Shown here: positions 1 to 8,716 of the stretch, piece by piece
Position numbering within the stretch: position 1 is the stretch's first letter
How the letters are laid out: each line of letters starts with the position of its first letter
Virus record (IMG/VR): IMGVR_UViG_3300008117_007749
Source: a virus
Strand: one strand, 5' to 3'
DNA: 64,000 bases
Program-made: the position numbers and the translations under genes
The notes under the pieces: model-generated
Databases searched by the model: none
What the model saw: the letters and a program-made list of their open reading frames with translations, nothing else
What the model was told of the DNA's origin: nothing

Positions 1-1442
1 TCATCCTCGTCTTCTACTGCTTCAAAACCTGCAGCTGAAAGTGAAGGAAAATTCTCTTCTTCATTATTTTCAAATAATTTACCACCTTTAGAGTTTAATT
101 TCTCAACAATCATTCCTTGATAAGAAATTGATTTATCTAAATTTTCTGCGATATATTCTGAATAAGCGATATTATCATCTAAATGCTCAGCAATGTACTC
201 AGAGTAAGCGATGTTACCTTCAACATGTTCTGCTAAATACTCAGAGTAAGCAATTGAATTATCAACATGTTCTGCGATATATTCAGAGTAAGCAATGTTT
301 TTGTCTAAGTTTTCTGCGATGTATTCAGAGTAAGCAATGTTTTTGTCTAAGTTTTCTGCGATGTATTCAGAGTAAGCAATGTTTTTATCTAAGTTTTCTG
401 CTAAATACTCAGAATAAGAAATATTCTTATCAAGATTCTCAGCGATATACTCAGAATAAGAAATGTTTTTATCTAAGTTTTCTGCTACATACTCAGAATA
501 CTCAATGTTTTTATCAAGATTCTCAGCTACATACTCAGTGTAATTAATAGCCTTTTCAAGATTTTCAGCTAAATAGTCATTGTGTTTAGCTAATTTCTCA
601 GTTGTAGATTTAAGAGATTTGTTCTCATTAACCACTACCTGAATTTTCTCTGCTAAGTAATCTAAATACTTAACTACTTTCTCATTAGTTGTGTTTAATT
701 CTTCATAGTATTCAAGCAATTGCTCTAATTTCTTAGGAGCCATATCACCTTTAGAAATAGCAGATTTAACTTCTTTTTTAGTAGAAGCAATCTCATTTAC
801 TAGATACTTTGAATAATCAGTCAACTGTTTTTTTGTAACAAATTCGTTCTTGTTCATGTTGAATAATTCATTTATTTTTGACTCGTCGGACATTTCATAT
901 ATCCTAAAGTTAGATTTTGGGTTAGTATAACCTAAAGATTCATTTAGTACCTTTACAGACATTTTAGCCGAAGCAAATCCTGGATCAGCAACGATGTCAT
1001 ATGTAAATAACTTCTTCAAAGAAACAGAACCATCCGATTCAGTGATACCAGCCGCTCTAGAAGAAACGAAAACTGGACAACCATCATCTACTAATGCTTT
1101 TGCCTCTTTACCCCAATAAGTACTTAGAAGTCTAATTTCACCTGATACAATATTTTGTTCTTTAACATATTGTGCCTTGGTGATTACGTGTGATGCTCTT
1201 GCTAACGAAGTGTCAAAAACATCTGGGTGATCAAATTCACCGTAAACAGCACCTAAACTGCTCATTCTTTCATTTAACTCATCTAACGCTGGTAAGAATC
1301 TGTCTGCCGTGTAAATACGTTCATTACGGTTCTTCACACCAAATTCTGTGAAGGTTCCACCTAAAACGTAATCTTTTTTACCGGAAGCATTTTCTCGTAT
1401 CAACGAACTAGTAGAGTTTTCTACGATTAATACTGGTTTCAT
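1..1442 (-). CDS. gp21: T4 gp21-like prohead core protease fused to a C-terminal coiled-coil scaffold (gp22-like); 3' end runs off the window
   Basis: Not in the ORF track; translated by hand from ATG at 1442: MKPVLIVENSTSSLIRE...FGVKNRNERIY...YGEFDHP...ARASHVI...VFVSSRAAG...YDIVADPGFASA, the gp21 motifs. The frame stays open into KVVKYLDYLAEK and 14-aa repeats with no stop before position 1. Confidence 0.9.
   Translation of the reverse strand, partial: MKPVLIVENSTSSLIRENASGKKDYVLGGTFTEFGVKNRNERIYTADRFLPALDELNERMSSLGAVYGEFDHPDVFDTSLARASHVITKAQYVKEQNIVSGEIRLLSTYWGKEAKALVDDGCPVFVSSRAAGITESDGSVSLKKLFTYDIVADPGFASAKMSVKVLNESLGYTNPKSNFRIYEMSDESKINELFNMNKNEFVTKKQLTDYSKYLVNEIASTKKEVKSAISKGDMAPKKLEQLLEYYEELNTTNEKVVKYLDYLAEKIQVVVNENKSLKSTTEKLAKHNDYLAENLEKAINYTEYVAENLDKNIEYSEYVAENLDKNISYSEYIAENLDKNISYSEYLAENLDKNIAYSEYIAENLDKNIAYSEYIAENLDKNIAYSEYIAEHVDNSIAYSEYLAEHVEGNIAYSEYIAEHLDDNIAYSEYIAENLDKSISYQGMIVEKLNSKGGKLFENNEEENFPSLSAAGFEAVEDED
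123..584 (-). repeat. 11 tandem in-frame 42-bp (14-aa) repeats, consensus YSEYIAENLDKNIA
   Basis: Read directly from the sequence; 11 x 42 = 462 bp; double-heptad periodicity. Confidence 0.9.
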
Positions 1443-1479
1443 TCAAAAATAATTATTTTTTACCCTTTTAAAGTTGTTG

Positions 1480-1487
1480 TATATATT
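1480..1487 (-). promoter_or_regulatory. Putative late promoter (AATATATA) for the protease-scaffold gene
   Basis: Variant of the window-wide TTAATATATA motif, about 38 nt upstream of the ATG. Confidence 0.6.
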
Positions 1488-1491
1488 CCTA

Positions 1492-1528
1492 ATAAAAAAC
1501 CACCTATTTTAAAAGGTGGATTTTTTAT
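1492..1528. terminator. Terminator-like hairpin
   Basis: AAAAAACCACCT...AGGTGGATTTTTT inverted repeat flanked by A/T tracts. Confidence 0.55.
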
Positions 1529-1624
1529 AGTCCTCGAGAACTACTGAAAATAAAAAGACATGTAAAACATTAGTAGGAAGAAGAAACTATTTAATAAATA
1601 ACTTTAAATTTTAAACGGTTTTTT

Positions 1625-2023
1625 ATGATTCTTACCAGAGAAATAAAGATTAAGATTACTGAATCCAATTATCAATACTATGAGGATCTTGGTTACGAAG
1701 TATTAATTGGAGAAAATCTTTTAATACCCGTTGAACTAATGTCTAAAGGATCTCATTACAAGATTAAATGCAAATGTGATATGTGTGGTTTAGAAAAAGA
1801 AGTTATTTTTAAAAACTACGTCAAATATGATAACAACTGGGGAGAATATAATTGTAGAAAATGCTCAGAAAAGAAAAGAAAAGAGACTTTACAAAAAAAC
1901 TACGGAGTGGATTACCCTATACAGAATAAAAAATTAATGGGAAAAATGAAAAAAACTCTCCTAAAAAAATACGGAGTAGAAAACATTTCAAAGAAAGAAA
2001 CTAAACAAAAAGATTCTGAATAA
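1625..2023 (+). CDS. Zn-finger protein with YGVxxP/YGVEN repeats (homing-endonuclease-associated DNA-binding module; no nuclease domain visible)
   Basis: CKCDMCG...CRKC; KETLQKNYGVDYP and KKTLLKKYGVEN repeats. Confidence 0.55.
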   Translation: MILTREIKIKITESNYQYYEDLGYEVLIGENLLIPVELMSKGSHYKIKCKCDMCGLEKEVIFKNYVKYDNNWGEYNCRKCSEKKRKETLQKNYGVDYPIQNKKLMGKMKKTLLKKYGVENISKKETKQKDSE

Positions 2024-2028
2024 TACAA
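2003..2028 (+). promoter_or_regulatory. Putative non-late promoter AAACWW-N13-AATAYAA
   Basis: AAACAA-N13-AATACAA just upstream of the rnr ATG; same spacing at 8684 and 36887. Confidence 0.4.
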
Positions 2029-2033
2029 CTTCT

Positions 2034-3911
2034 ATGATAAACATAATAGAAGGTGATCGATATGAAGGTCAAATAGAGTTCTCAAATAGTGGAAATGCAA
2101 ACATAACAATTGGAGAAAAGTCAATTTTTATACACAGAAAAAATACTCATAACTCACTACACTTAGATAAAGTAAAAGTAGAAATATTTAAAGGTGAAAA
2201 GAAATTAGAGGGGAAAGTAATTGAAACAGTTTCAAGATTTAGAACAGATTTTGTTGGTAGAGTTCAAATAGGAAAAAAGTCGACATTTGTAATACCAGAC
2301 AGTGATAAATTATCAGTAGATTTTTATATCAAAGGTGGATTAGTTGCAAAAGACGGACAAAAAGTTATTGTAGAACTAACAAAATGGGAAGATTCTAAGT
2401 CACCACAGGGTAAAATAACTAAAATACTCGGAGACGCAGGTGATAACAACGCGGAAATGAACTCAATAATGTATGAGTATAATCTACCGGTTGATTTTCC
2501 ACAAGAAGTTTTAAATGAGTCAGAATTAGTACCTGAAGTAATATTTGAAAATGAAATACTAAAAAGAAAAGATTTAAGAAGTGTAACAACACTAACAATA
2601 GATCCGGTCGATGCTAGAGATTTTGATGACGCTCTTTCAATACAAATAATCAACGAAAATAATATTGAAGTAGGAGTTCATATAGCAGACGTTGGTCACT
2701 ATGTAAAACCAGGAACTAAACTAGATGAAGAAGCTTACAAAAGAGCAACATCGGTATATTTAGTTGATAGATGCGTTCCGATGTTACCTGAGAGACTAAG
2801 TAACGGAATTTGCTCACTAAAGCCACATGAAGATCGTTTGGCCTTTTCTGTAATATTCAATATAGATAAAGATGGGAAAATTATTAAAGAGTGGCACGGA
2901 AAAACGGTTATACACTCAGATAGAAGATTTACTTACGAAGAAGCTCAAGAAATAATCGAAGGATCTGACGGAGACTTTCACAATGAAATAAGAGTTCTTA
3001 ATACATTAGCTCAGAAAATTAGAAAGAAAAGAATAAAAGATGGTTCAATCGAAATGGGAGGAATTGAAGTTCGTTTTAAATTAGCAGAAGATAATAAAAA
3101 ACCTATTGGAGTTTATTTCAAAGAACAAAAAGAAGCTAACAAACTTATTGAAGAATTTATGTTACTAGCTAACAAATCAGTTGCTAAAATACTTTCAGAA
3201 AATCAATGGTTTAATGTTTATAGAATACACGATACACCAAATATGGAAAAATTACAACAACTAGTAGGAGTTTGTGAGAATTTTGGACACAATGTTAAAA
3301 TAGAAGGAGAAGGAGATGATTTAAAAAAATCAATTAATCAACTACTAAAAGAAATAAAAGGAACTCCTGAAGAAAACATGATAGAGACTTTAGTTACCAG
3401 ATGTATGTCTAAGGCTAAATATACTATCAAGAACATTGGTCACTATGGATTAGGTTTCAGTCACTATTCTCACTTTACATCTCCAATTAGAAGATATCCG
3501 GATTTAATCACACATAGAATTTTATTTGATTTTTTAAATAAAGGAAAACAAGGAAATCCTGCTAAAATTGAAGAAAATGCTAGTTGGTGTTCTAGTAGAG
3601 AATTAATAGCAGCAAAAGCACAAAGAGACTCTATAAAATACAAACAAGCTGAGTTTTTACAAGATAAAATTGGTCAAGTTTTTGACGGAATTGTATCAGG
3701 TGTAACAGATTGGGGAATTTATGTAGAATTAACCGAATCCAAATGCGAGGGAATGATAAGATATAATACAATAGGTAAAGTAAAAGTAGATTTAGAACAT
3801 TATACTATTTCAGATGAAATGGGTAATAAAATTAGACTAGGGGATCCTTTAAAAGTTATAGTATCAACAGTTGATTTAGAAAAAAAGCAAATTGACTTTA
3901 AATTATTCTAA
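2034..3911 (+). CDS. rnr: Ribonuclease R (RNB family; CSD-RNB-S1)
   Basis: TIDPVDARDFDDALS, GVHIADV, RATSVYL, PMLPERLSNGICSL, HFTSPIRRYPDL; C-terminal S1 domain; N-terminal HTH appears absent. Confidence 0.95.
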   Translation: MINIIEGDRYEGQIEFSNSGNANITIGEKSIFIHRKNTHNSLHLDKVKVEIFKGEKKLEGKVIETVSRFRTDFVGRVQIGKKSTFVIPDSDKLSVDFYIKGGLVAKDGQKVIVELTKWEDSKSPQGKITKILGDAGDNNAEMNSIMYEYNLPVDFPQEVLNESELVPEVIFENEILKRKDLRSVTTLTIDPVDARDFDDALSIQIINENNIEVGVHIADVGHYVKPGTKLDEEAYKRATSVYLVDRCVPMLPERLSNGICSLKPHEDRLAFSVIFNIDKDGKIIKEWHGKTVIHSDRRFTYEEAQEIIEGSDGDFHNEIRVLNTLAQKIRKKRIKDGSIEMGGIEVRFKLAEDNKKPIGVYFKEQKEANKLIEEFMLLANKSVAKILSENQWFNVYRIHDTPNMEKLQQLVGVCENFGHNVKIEGEGDDLKKSINQLLKEIKGTPEENMIETLVTRCMSKAKYTIKNIGHYGLGFSHYSHFTSPIRRYPDLITHRILFDFLNKGKQGNPAKIEENASWCSSRELIAAKAQRDSIKYKQAEFLQDKIGQVFDGIVSGVTDWGIYVELTESKCEGMIRYNTIGKVKVDLEHYTISDEMGNKIRLGDPLKVIVSTVDLEKKQIDFKLF

Positions 3912-4345
3912 TGAAAAGGACATTTGAAATAGAATTAAATAATTCCAAAATAGAGGATTATGAAGACATTCTATCACGATTTAGTAATTGGAAAAAATAC
4001 AAAAGAGAAATAAACCTAAATATTTTATTAGAAGAAGGTAAAAAAATTCAATTTGATGTTGAAATACCAAATAATCAAAGTGTCTTTTATGTTAGTGTTT
4101 CGGATGATTTTAAATACACAACCGCTTTGGTAAATGTTTGTTCTGTTATAAATAAATTTGTTTTTATTATCCTAAACAACCAAATCATTAACTTAAAAAT
4201 TGATGTTACCTTTTTAGACACGAACTGGGGTAAAAAAGTTAAAAATATACTTGAATCCGACATAGATTTAAAACTATTTCAACATATAAATATAGAAGGT
4301 CAAATAGATAATTTTTATTTTGAATTACCAAAAATGGCGGCATGA
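3911..4345 (+). CDS. Hypothetical protein (KREINLNILL motif)
   Basis: ORF overlaps the rnr stop codon (translationally coupled). Confidence 0.7.
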   Translation: MKRTFEIELNNSKIEDYEDILSRFSNWKKYKREINLNILLEEGKKIQFDVEIPNNQSVFYVSVSDDFKYTTALVNVCSVINKFVFIILNNQIINLKIDVTFLDTNWGKKVKNILESDIDLKLFQHINIEGQIDNFYFELPKMAA

Positions 4346-4776
4346 AATTTTATAAAGTTGTAACTCAACACACTCAGTATGAGTTGGATAAATTATTGAA
4401 AAAAATGAGCTCTACAGAGGTAGAGTATATTCAAAGTCTATACAGTAAAATATCTATAGTAGAATATACAGACGAGAATAACTTTGAATGTATGTTTGCA
4501 ATTCTAAATGATTATTTGCTAAAAAAGCTAGATATCCTCTACAATAGTTATAATTTAAAATTTAAATTGATTGATTTAACAAGACAAATAATCAATGACG
4601 ATTTTATAAAAACAAAATACTACAACAATTATCAAAGGAATGTCGAGGAAGAAATTTTATATTTGATAAAAAAATATAAAAAAGAATGGATTTCAAAAGA
4701 TGATATCTTAGATAAAATTTTAGATAAAGGAATTGATTCTCTTACCGACTTTGACTTAGACATTCTTAACTCTTAA
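4342..4776 (+). CDS. Hypothetical protein with C-terminal DUF6576-like motif
   Basis: DDILDKILDKGIDSLTDFDLDIL. Confidence 0.65.
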   Translation: MKFYKVVTQHTQYELDKLLKKMSSTEVEYIQSLYSKISIVEYTDENNFECMFAILNDYLLKKLDILYNSYNLKFKLIDLTRQIINDDFIKTKYYNNYQRNVEEEILYLIKKYKKEWISKDDILDKILDKGIDSLTDFDLDILNS

Positions 4777-6500
4777 AACTCAAATTCTCCTCCTTCAGCG
4801 GGCGCTTCTCCTCCTCCTTCAGCAGGTGCCTCTGGAGCATCTTGAGCTCCTGCTTGAGCTTCACCACCACCCTCAACAGGAGCTTCTCCACCTTCAGCCG
4901 GCATTTCTCCTTCAACTGGAGCACCACCTTCAGCACCAGGAGCAGCACCAGCCGCACCAGCAGCCGCTTTATTAGCGGCATCTTTAGCCCAATATCTTTG
5001 GTTTTCAGTTTTTTCTTCAGGTGTTAATTTAAAGACATTATCCATAATCCACTCAATGTGAAAATATGGTTGTTCTCCATTCATAATTCCGGTTAATGTA
5101 GTAACAGCCTCAGCTCTTTTAGCTAAATTATTTATTTTTTTCCATTCTTCAAAAATCTGATTAGTATAGAAAATGATATCAACGCTATTAACAAAAACTT
5201 CATCATCCTTTAACTCAGGAAACTCGATTAGCATTTGTAATTTAAGAGGCTTAACAATAATCTCTTTAAAATTTGCTCTCAATCTACTAATAAAATTATG
5301 AAACTTAATTTCATCTCTTGTCATCTCAGCGGCATCTGTTATTAAGTTACCACCACCCGAGTCACCCTCAAAACGAGTAAGTGGAATTTTTGAAGCTCTT
5401 TTAAGTCCTTGGTGAAACCACTTTAACATTGTTTCATCATTTAAGTCATGTCCCTCTTGTTTAACGATTTCAAATCCCGGTGTTCCGGCATCTCCTTCTG
5501 GAAACCAGATTTGTTTGTTATAGTGTAAGTGCTTAGACCCATTTATTGATAAAGTTCCTAAGGTATCATCCCATTCAACTTCCTCCGAATAGTCATGAAT
5601 TAATTGACCTATCTGTTCTTCTGCTCTTTGACGAGATAAACCTTTAATTGGAATTGTAAATTTTTGCCAAATCATTGCATTTGTTACGTTCCACATAATT
5701 CTTGTTTGTTCAAGAATTTTTAATTGGTTATAAGGCTTGATTAATCCTTCCACATAAGAAGTTTCCGAATAATCATTTTGAGTGGAATATGATATATAAA
5801 TAATCTGAGAATCTAAGAAAATTCTCCTAAGTTGAGGATCTTCTGGAAACTGAATCCAAAGGTGGCCAACATTTGGCTCATAAGCCGGAACTAATGTCTC
5901 GGGTCTCAATCTGTTGAATCCGATAACATTTTTCTTTTTATCATCATAAATTATTTCAATTGCAATATATCCATCAATTAAGAAATCTCTCAACATATTC
6001 CAAGCGGTGATATTATCCGAGAATCCAAATTTTGTGTATAATCTCTCAAAAAATTCTTGATACTTATCTGTTATTTCTTGTGAATAATCAGTAGGCAGCG
6101 GTCTTGGTGAACAAAAGTCTTTATCCTCGTTATAAACTACTGTCTCATCTGATATAGCAGAAACAAAATCTCTAATTTCATCTTTAATTGAATACTCTCT
6201 TAAAATTCTTCTTTTATCAGCATATGACTTATCTAAATAAGGAATTGATTTTCTATTTAAAACTGAAGCAACAGCTCTTTGTGAAAAGAAATCATACATA
6301 GAATTACCCTTTGCTGAGTAAGGATCTTCATTGATTCCAATACCGACTTGATTTTTTATAATCATGTCATCATAGTTCATACCATAATTAGAAAGTGTTC
6401 TTAAGATTCTACTAAATAATCCTTTATTTTCTATTGCTGAGTTATTTCCTATGAAATTCTGACCAAATCCTGATGTATTAAAATTGTTATAAGTAGCCAT
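4773..6500 (-). CDS. gp20: T4 gp20-like portal protein
   Basis: FLIDG, YVEGLIKPYNQLKILE, RAEEQIGQLI, EMTRDEIKFHNFISRLRANF; acidic Gly/Ala/Pro tail. Confidence 0.92.
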   Translation of the reverse strand: MATYNNFNTSGFGQNFIGNNSAIENKGLFSRILRTLSNYGMNYDDMIIKNQVGIGINEDPYSAKGNSMYDFFSQRAVASVLNRKSIPYLDKSYADKRRILREYSIKDEIRDFVSAISDETVVYNEDKDFCSPRPLPTDYSQEITDKYQEFFERLYTKFGFSDNITAWNMLRDFLIDGYIAIEIIYDDKKKNVIGFNRLRPETLVPAYEPNVGHLWIQFPEDPQLRRIFLDSQIIYISYSTQNDYSETSYVEGLIKPYNQLKILEQTRIMWNVTNAMIWQKFTIPIKGLSRQRAEEQIGQLIHDYSEEVEWDDTLGTLSINGSKHLHYNKQIWFPEGDAGTPGFEIVKQEGHDLNDETMLKWFHQGLKRASKIPLTRFEGDSGGGNLITDAAEMTRDEIKFHNFISRLRANFKEIIVKPLKLQMLIEFPELKDDEVFVNSVDIIFYTNQIFEEWKKINNLAKRAEAVTTLTGIMNGEQPYFHIEWIMDNVFKLTPEEKTENQRYWAKDAANKAAAGAAGAAPGAEGGAPVEGEMPAEGGEAPVEGGGEAQAGAQDAPEAPAEGGGEAPAEGGEFEF

Positions 6501-6523
6501 TTAAAAATGCTAAAATTTTGTGA

Positions 6524-6533
6524 TATATATTAA
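6524..6533 (-). promoter_or_regulatory. Putative late promoter TTAATATATA (portal)
   Basis: Perfect motif copy upstream of the ATG. Confidence 0.7.
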
Positions 6534-6555
6534 ATTTTTGATATTCCTCCAGAAA

Positions 6556-7203
6556 TTACTTTTTAATAGTTATTGTAATCTCTGCCTGTTTATCACCGTA
6601 TCGGTCCTCTGTTATATTTTTCTCAACATCGAAATCAGAGAAATCTATTCCCCTAAAAAGACCATTCCACTTTCTATCAGTATAACTACCAGGTCCAAAA
6701 CCATTACAATTTACAGTAATTTTAAATTCTTCTTTATTTAATCTTTTCACAATACCATTTACAAAATCACTTTTTGCAGCACTTGTCCTTTTGGACATTT
6801 CATTGTACAATTTTTGAACTTTGAATAAATCGCCTTCTACTTTTGCATTTTGAATAAAACAAACGACAATACCCCATTTCCAACTAGTATTAATTGACAC
6901 CTGGACACTTTCTAAACGATTTTTAAAAGATATAAGTTCATCTAAAAACTCCCAAAACTTATCATCAATTATCATTTCGGTGTAACCACCCATAGGTCCA
7001 GTTTTAAATGAATTTCTGAATATGATATTCATTGAAGTATATCCCTCATATTCACCTTCTGTGATTGTTCTTGGTGGCTGAAAAGAATATTCAATATCCA
7101 AATCCTTTATAGGAAGTAACATCTCATCTAACTCTTCTTTAGAAAGATCTGTTATATCCTGAGATTCATTTAAATGTTGTAAAAACTTATGTAAATATTT
7201 CAT
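6556..7203 (-). CDS. Hypothetical protein with capsid-targeting-like leader
   Basis: N-terminus MKYLHKFLQHLNES. Confidence 0.7.
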   Translation of the reverse strand: MKYLHKFLQHLNESQDITDLSKEELDEMLLPIKDLDIEYSFQPPRTITEGEYEGYTSMNIIFRNSFKTGPMGGYTEMIIDDKFWEFLDELISFKNRLESVQVSINTSWKWGIVVCFIQNAKVEGDLFKVQKLYNEMSKRTSAAKSDFVNGIVKRLNKEEFKITVNCNGFGPGSYTDRKWNGLFRGIDFSDFDVEKNITEDRYGDKQAEITITIKK

Positions 7204-7898
7204 TATTTATTTTTAAGTTTTTTATCTAATATTTTAGCGACATGGTCACCAATAAAGAAGTGCAGGTTTTTAAGAGTGTCTGTTTCAAACGTCTCTATCT
7301 CATCCATAAAACGAAATTGGTATTTATATATGTCTATTTCATCCTCACTTGTTTTATCAACCTTAGAAATTGACAACTCCATATTATAGTTATTATTTAT
7401 GTTGATTTTAAAGTCAAATGTGGTTTCATCACAAGGAGTTGTTTTAAACTTTGGTTGATACTCAACATCAAAGACCGAATAGTCAGTGATTTTTGCTCTA
7501 CGCATGTAGTAATTTAAAAACATAGCGGGTGCTTCAATAAAGTCTGAAAGAATTTGTAAATCTTGACCAAAATCATTTGAGTCTATGATATCTTCAATTT
7601 TCTTCTTAACATCTAATACATTTTCAAACTCAATTTTGTGATAAACACAATTTATATCATATAAGTAAATAAAAGAATTCTCAATTAGATTTTTTTTATT
7701 TAAATCAACTTTGAATATGTACTTTGTATGTATAATAGAAACATCTTCAGTTTCTAAACCCTGAATAGATATCACCATCTTATAAAACTTTTCATCTGGT
7801 GACATCTCATAAACTATCTCTACGGAAGAAGCAATTCCCTCTTCTTCCTCGAATATCTCTTTAAATAGTTCTTGTATTTCTGAAATTTTAATATCCAT
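7203..7898 (-). CDS. Hypothetical protein
   Basis: 231-aa ORF coupled to its neighbours. Confidence 0.7.
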   Translation of the reverse strand: MDIKISEIQELFKEIFEEEEGIASSVEIVYEMSPDEKFYKMVISIQGLETEDVSIIHTKYIFKVDLNKKNLIENSFIYLYDINCVYHKIEFENVLDVKKKIEDIIDSNDFGQDLQILSDFIEAPAMFLNYYMRRAKITDYSVFDVEYQPKFKTTPCDETTFDFKININNNYNMELSISKVDKTSEDEIDIYKYQFRFMDEIETFETDTLKNLHFFIGDHVAKILDKKLKNK

Positions 7899-7899
7899 A

Positions 7900-8664
7900 T
7901 TATTTAAATTGTTTGTCGTATAATTTTCTTTTCATTTCCATGATTTTTCCGATATATCCATTTCTTCTTAGTAACTTAAATACTAAGTTACCCAATGAAA
8001 ATTCACCACTTTCGGAATCTAATCCACTTTGTCGATAACTTTTTATCTTTTTCCAAACCTTTTTTATCTTTGGTTCTAGTTCATCAAAGTCCTTTTCTTT
8101 AGAATCGGATTCAATATCATCTATAGACATTATAATAGTCTTAGATTTTTCTTTAATCATTCTCTCATTTGGTTTAAAATCAACTTTTTCTGGTTTTTTA
8201 ACCCATTTATCATTCATCAATGAGTAGACTCCTCCCATTTTTCCGGTTTTTAACTCATCACGCATAATTGCATCATCCTGAATACAAACCTCAACCTCAT
8301 AACCCTTTATTTTAATATCATGTTGTTGGTTCCAAATTTTCTTAGCATAATCACATAGTTTTTCAACTAAATCATAGTCTTCATCAACATTTTTATAATC
8401 TATAGTTATATGTAAATCATAGTCTGAATATTTTTCAGACCAATTATAATTACACAGAGATCCACATAAAACTATATCAACAACATCCGTTTTTATTTCA
8501 GTTCCTTCAAAGAAATCCTGAGCAATTTGTAATAACTGTTTTTTAATATCACCGTCCAATTCAAAATTATCCCACAACTTTGAAGGTAATTCATTTTGAA
8601 TCCTAAATGACTTAATTGGAGTAAAAGCTCCTCTTTTAAACTCAAAGAATTTTGTCAATTTCAT
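7900..8664 (-). CDS. Pol-beta superfamily nucleotidyltransferase
   Basis: GS...SDYDLH motif (LCGSLCNYNWSEKYSDYDLHI), third acidic residue in EVEV; leader MKLTKFFEF. Confidence 0.8.
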   Translation of the reverse strand: MKLTKFFEFKRGAFTPIKSFRIQNELPSKLWDNFELDGDIKKQLLQIAQDFFEGTEIKTDVVDIVLCGSLCNYNWSEKYSDYDLHITIDYKNVDEDYDLVEKLCDYAKKIWNQQHDIKIKGYEVEVCIQDDAIMRDELKTGKMGGVYSLMNDKWVKKPEKVDFKPNERMIKEKSKTIIMSIDDIESDSKEKDFDELEPKIKKVWKKIKSYRQSGLDSESGEFSLGNLVFKLLRRNGYIGKIMEMKRKLYDKQFK

Positions 8665-8668
8665 AGAG

Positions 8669-8678
8669 TATATATTAA
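8669..8678 (-). promoter_or_regulatory. Putative late promoter TTAATATATA
   Basis: Perfect motif 4 nt upstream of the ATG at 8664. Confidence 0.7.
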
Positions 8679-8683
8679 AAAAG

Positions 8684-8709
8684 AAACTTTTATTTTATTG
8701 ACAATATAA
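8684..8709 (+). promoter_or_regulatory. Putative non-late promoter AAACTT-N13-AATATAA (glycosyltransferase operon)
   Basis: Identical boxes and spacing upstream of the DNA polymerase gene (36887-36912). Confidence 0.5.
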
Positions 8710-8716
8710 TTTATTG

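Noticed and set aside
123-584. 42-bp periodic repeat as a CRISPR array; + strand ORF 128..547
   Set aside because: No unique spacers; variation is codon-like in the minus-strand scaffold frame; the + ORF is its antisense shadow
1443-1624. tRNA or structured ncRNA in the larger intergenic gaps (also 62271-62414)
   Set aside because: No cloverleaf or T-loop signature; only simple hairpins and promoter motifs
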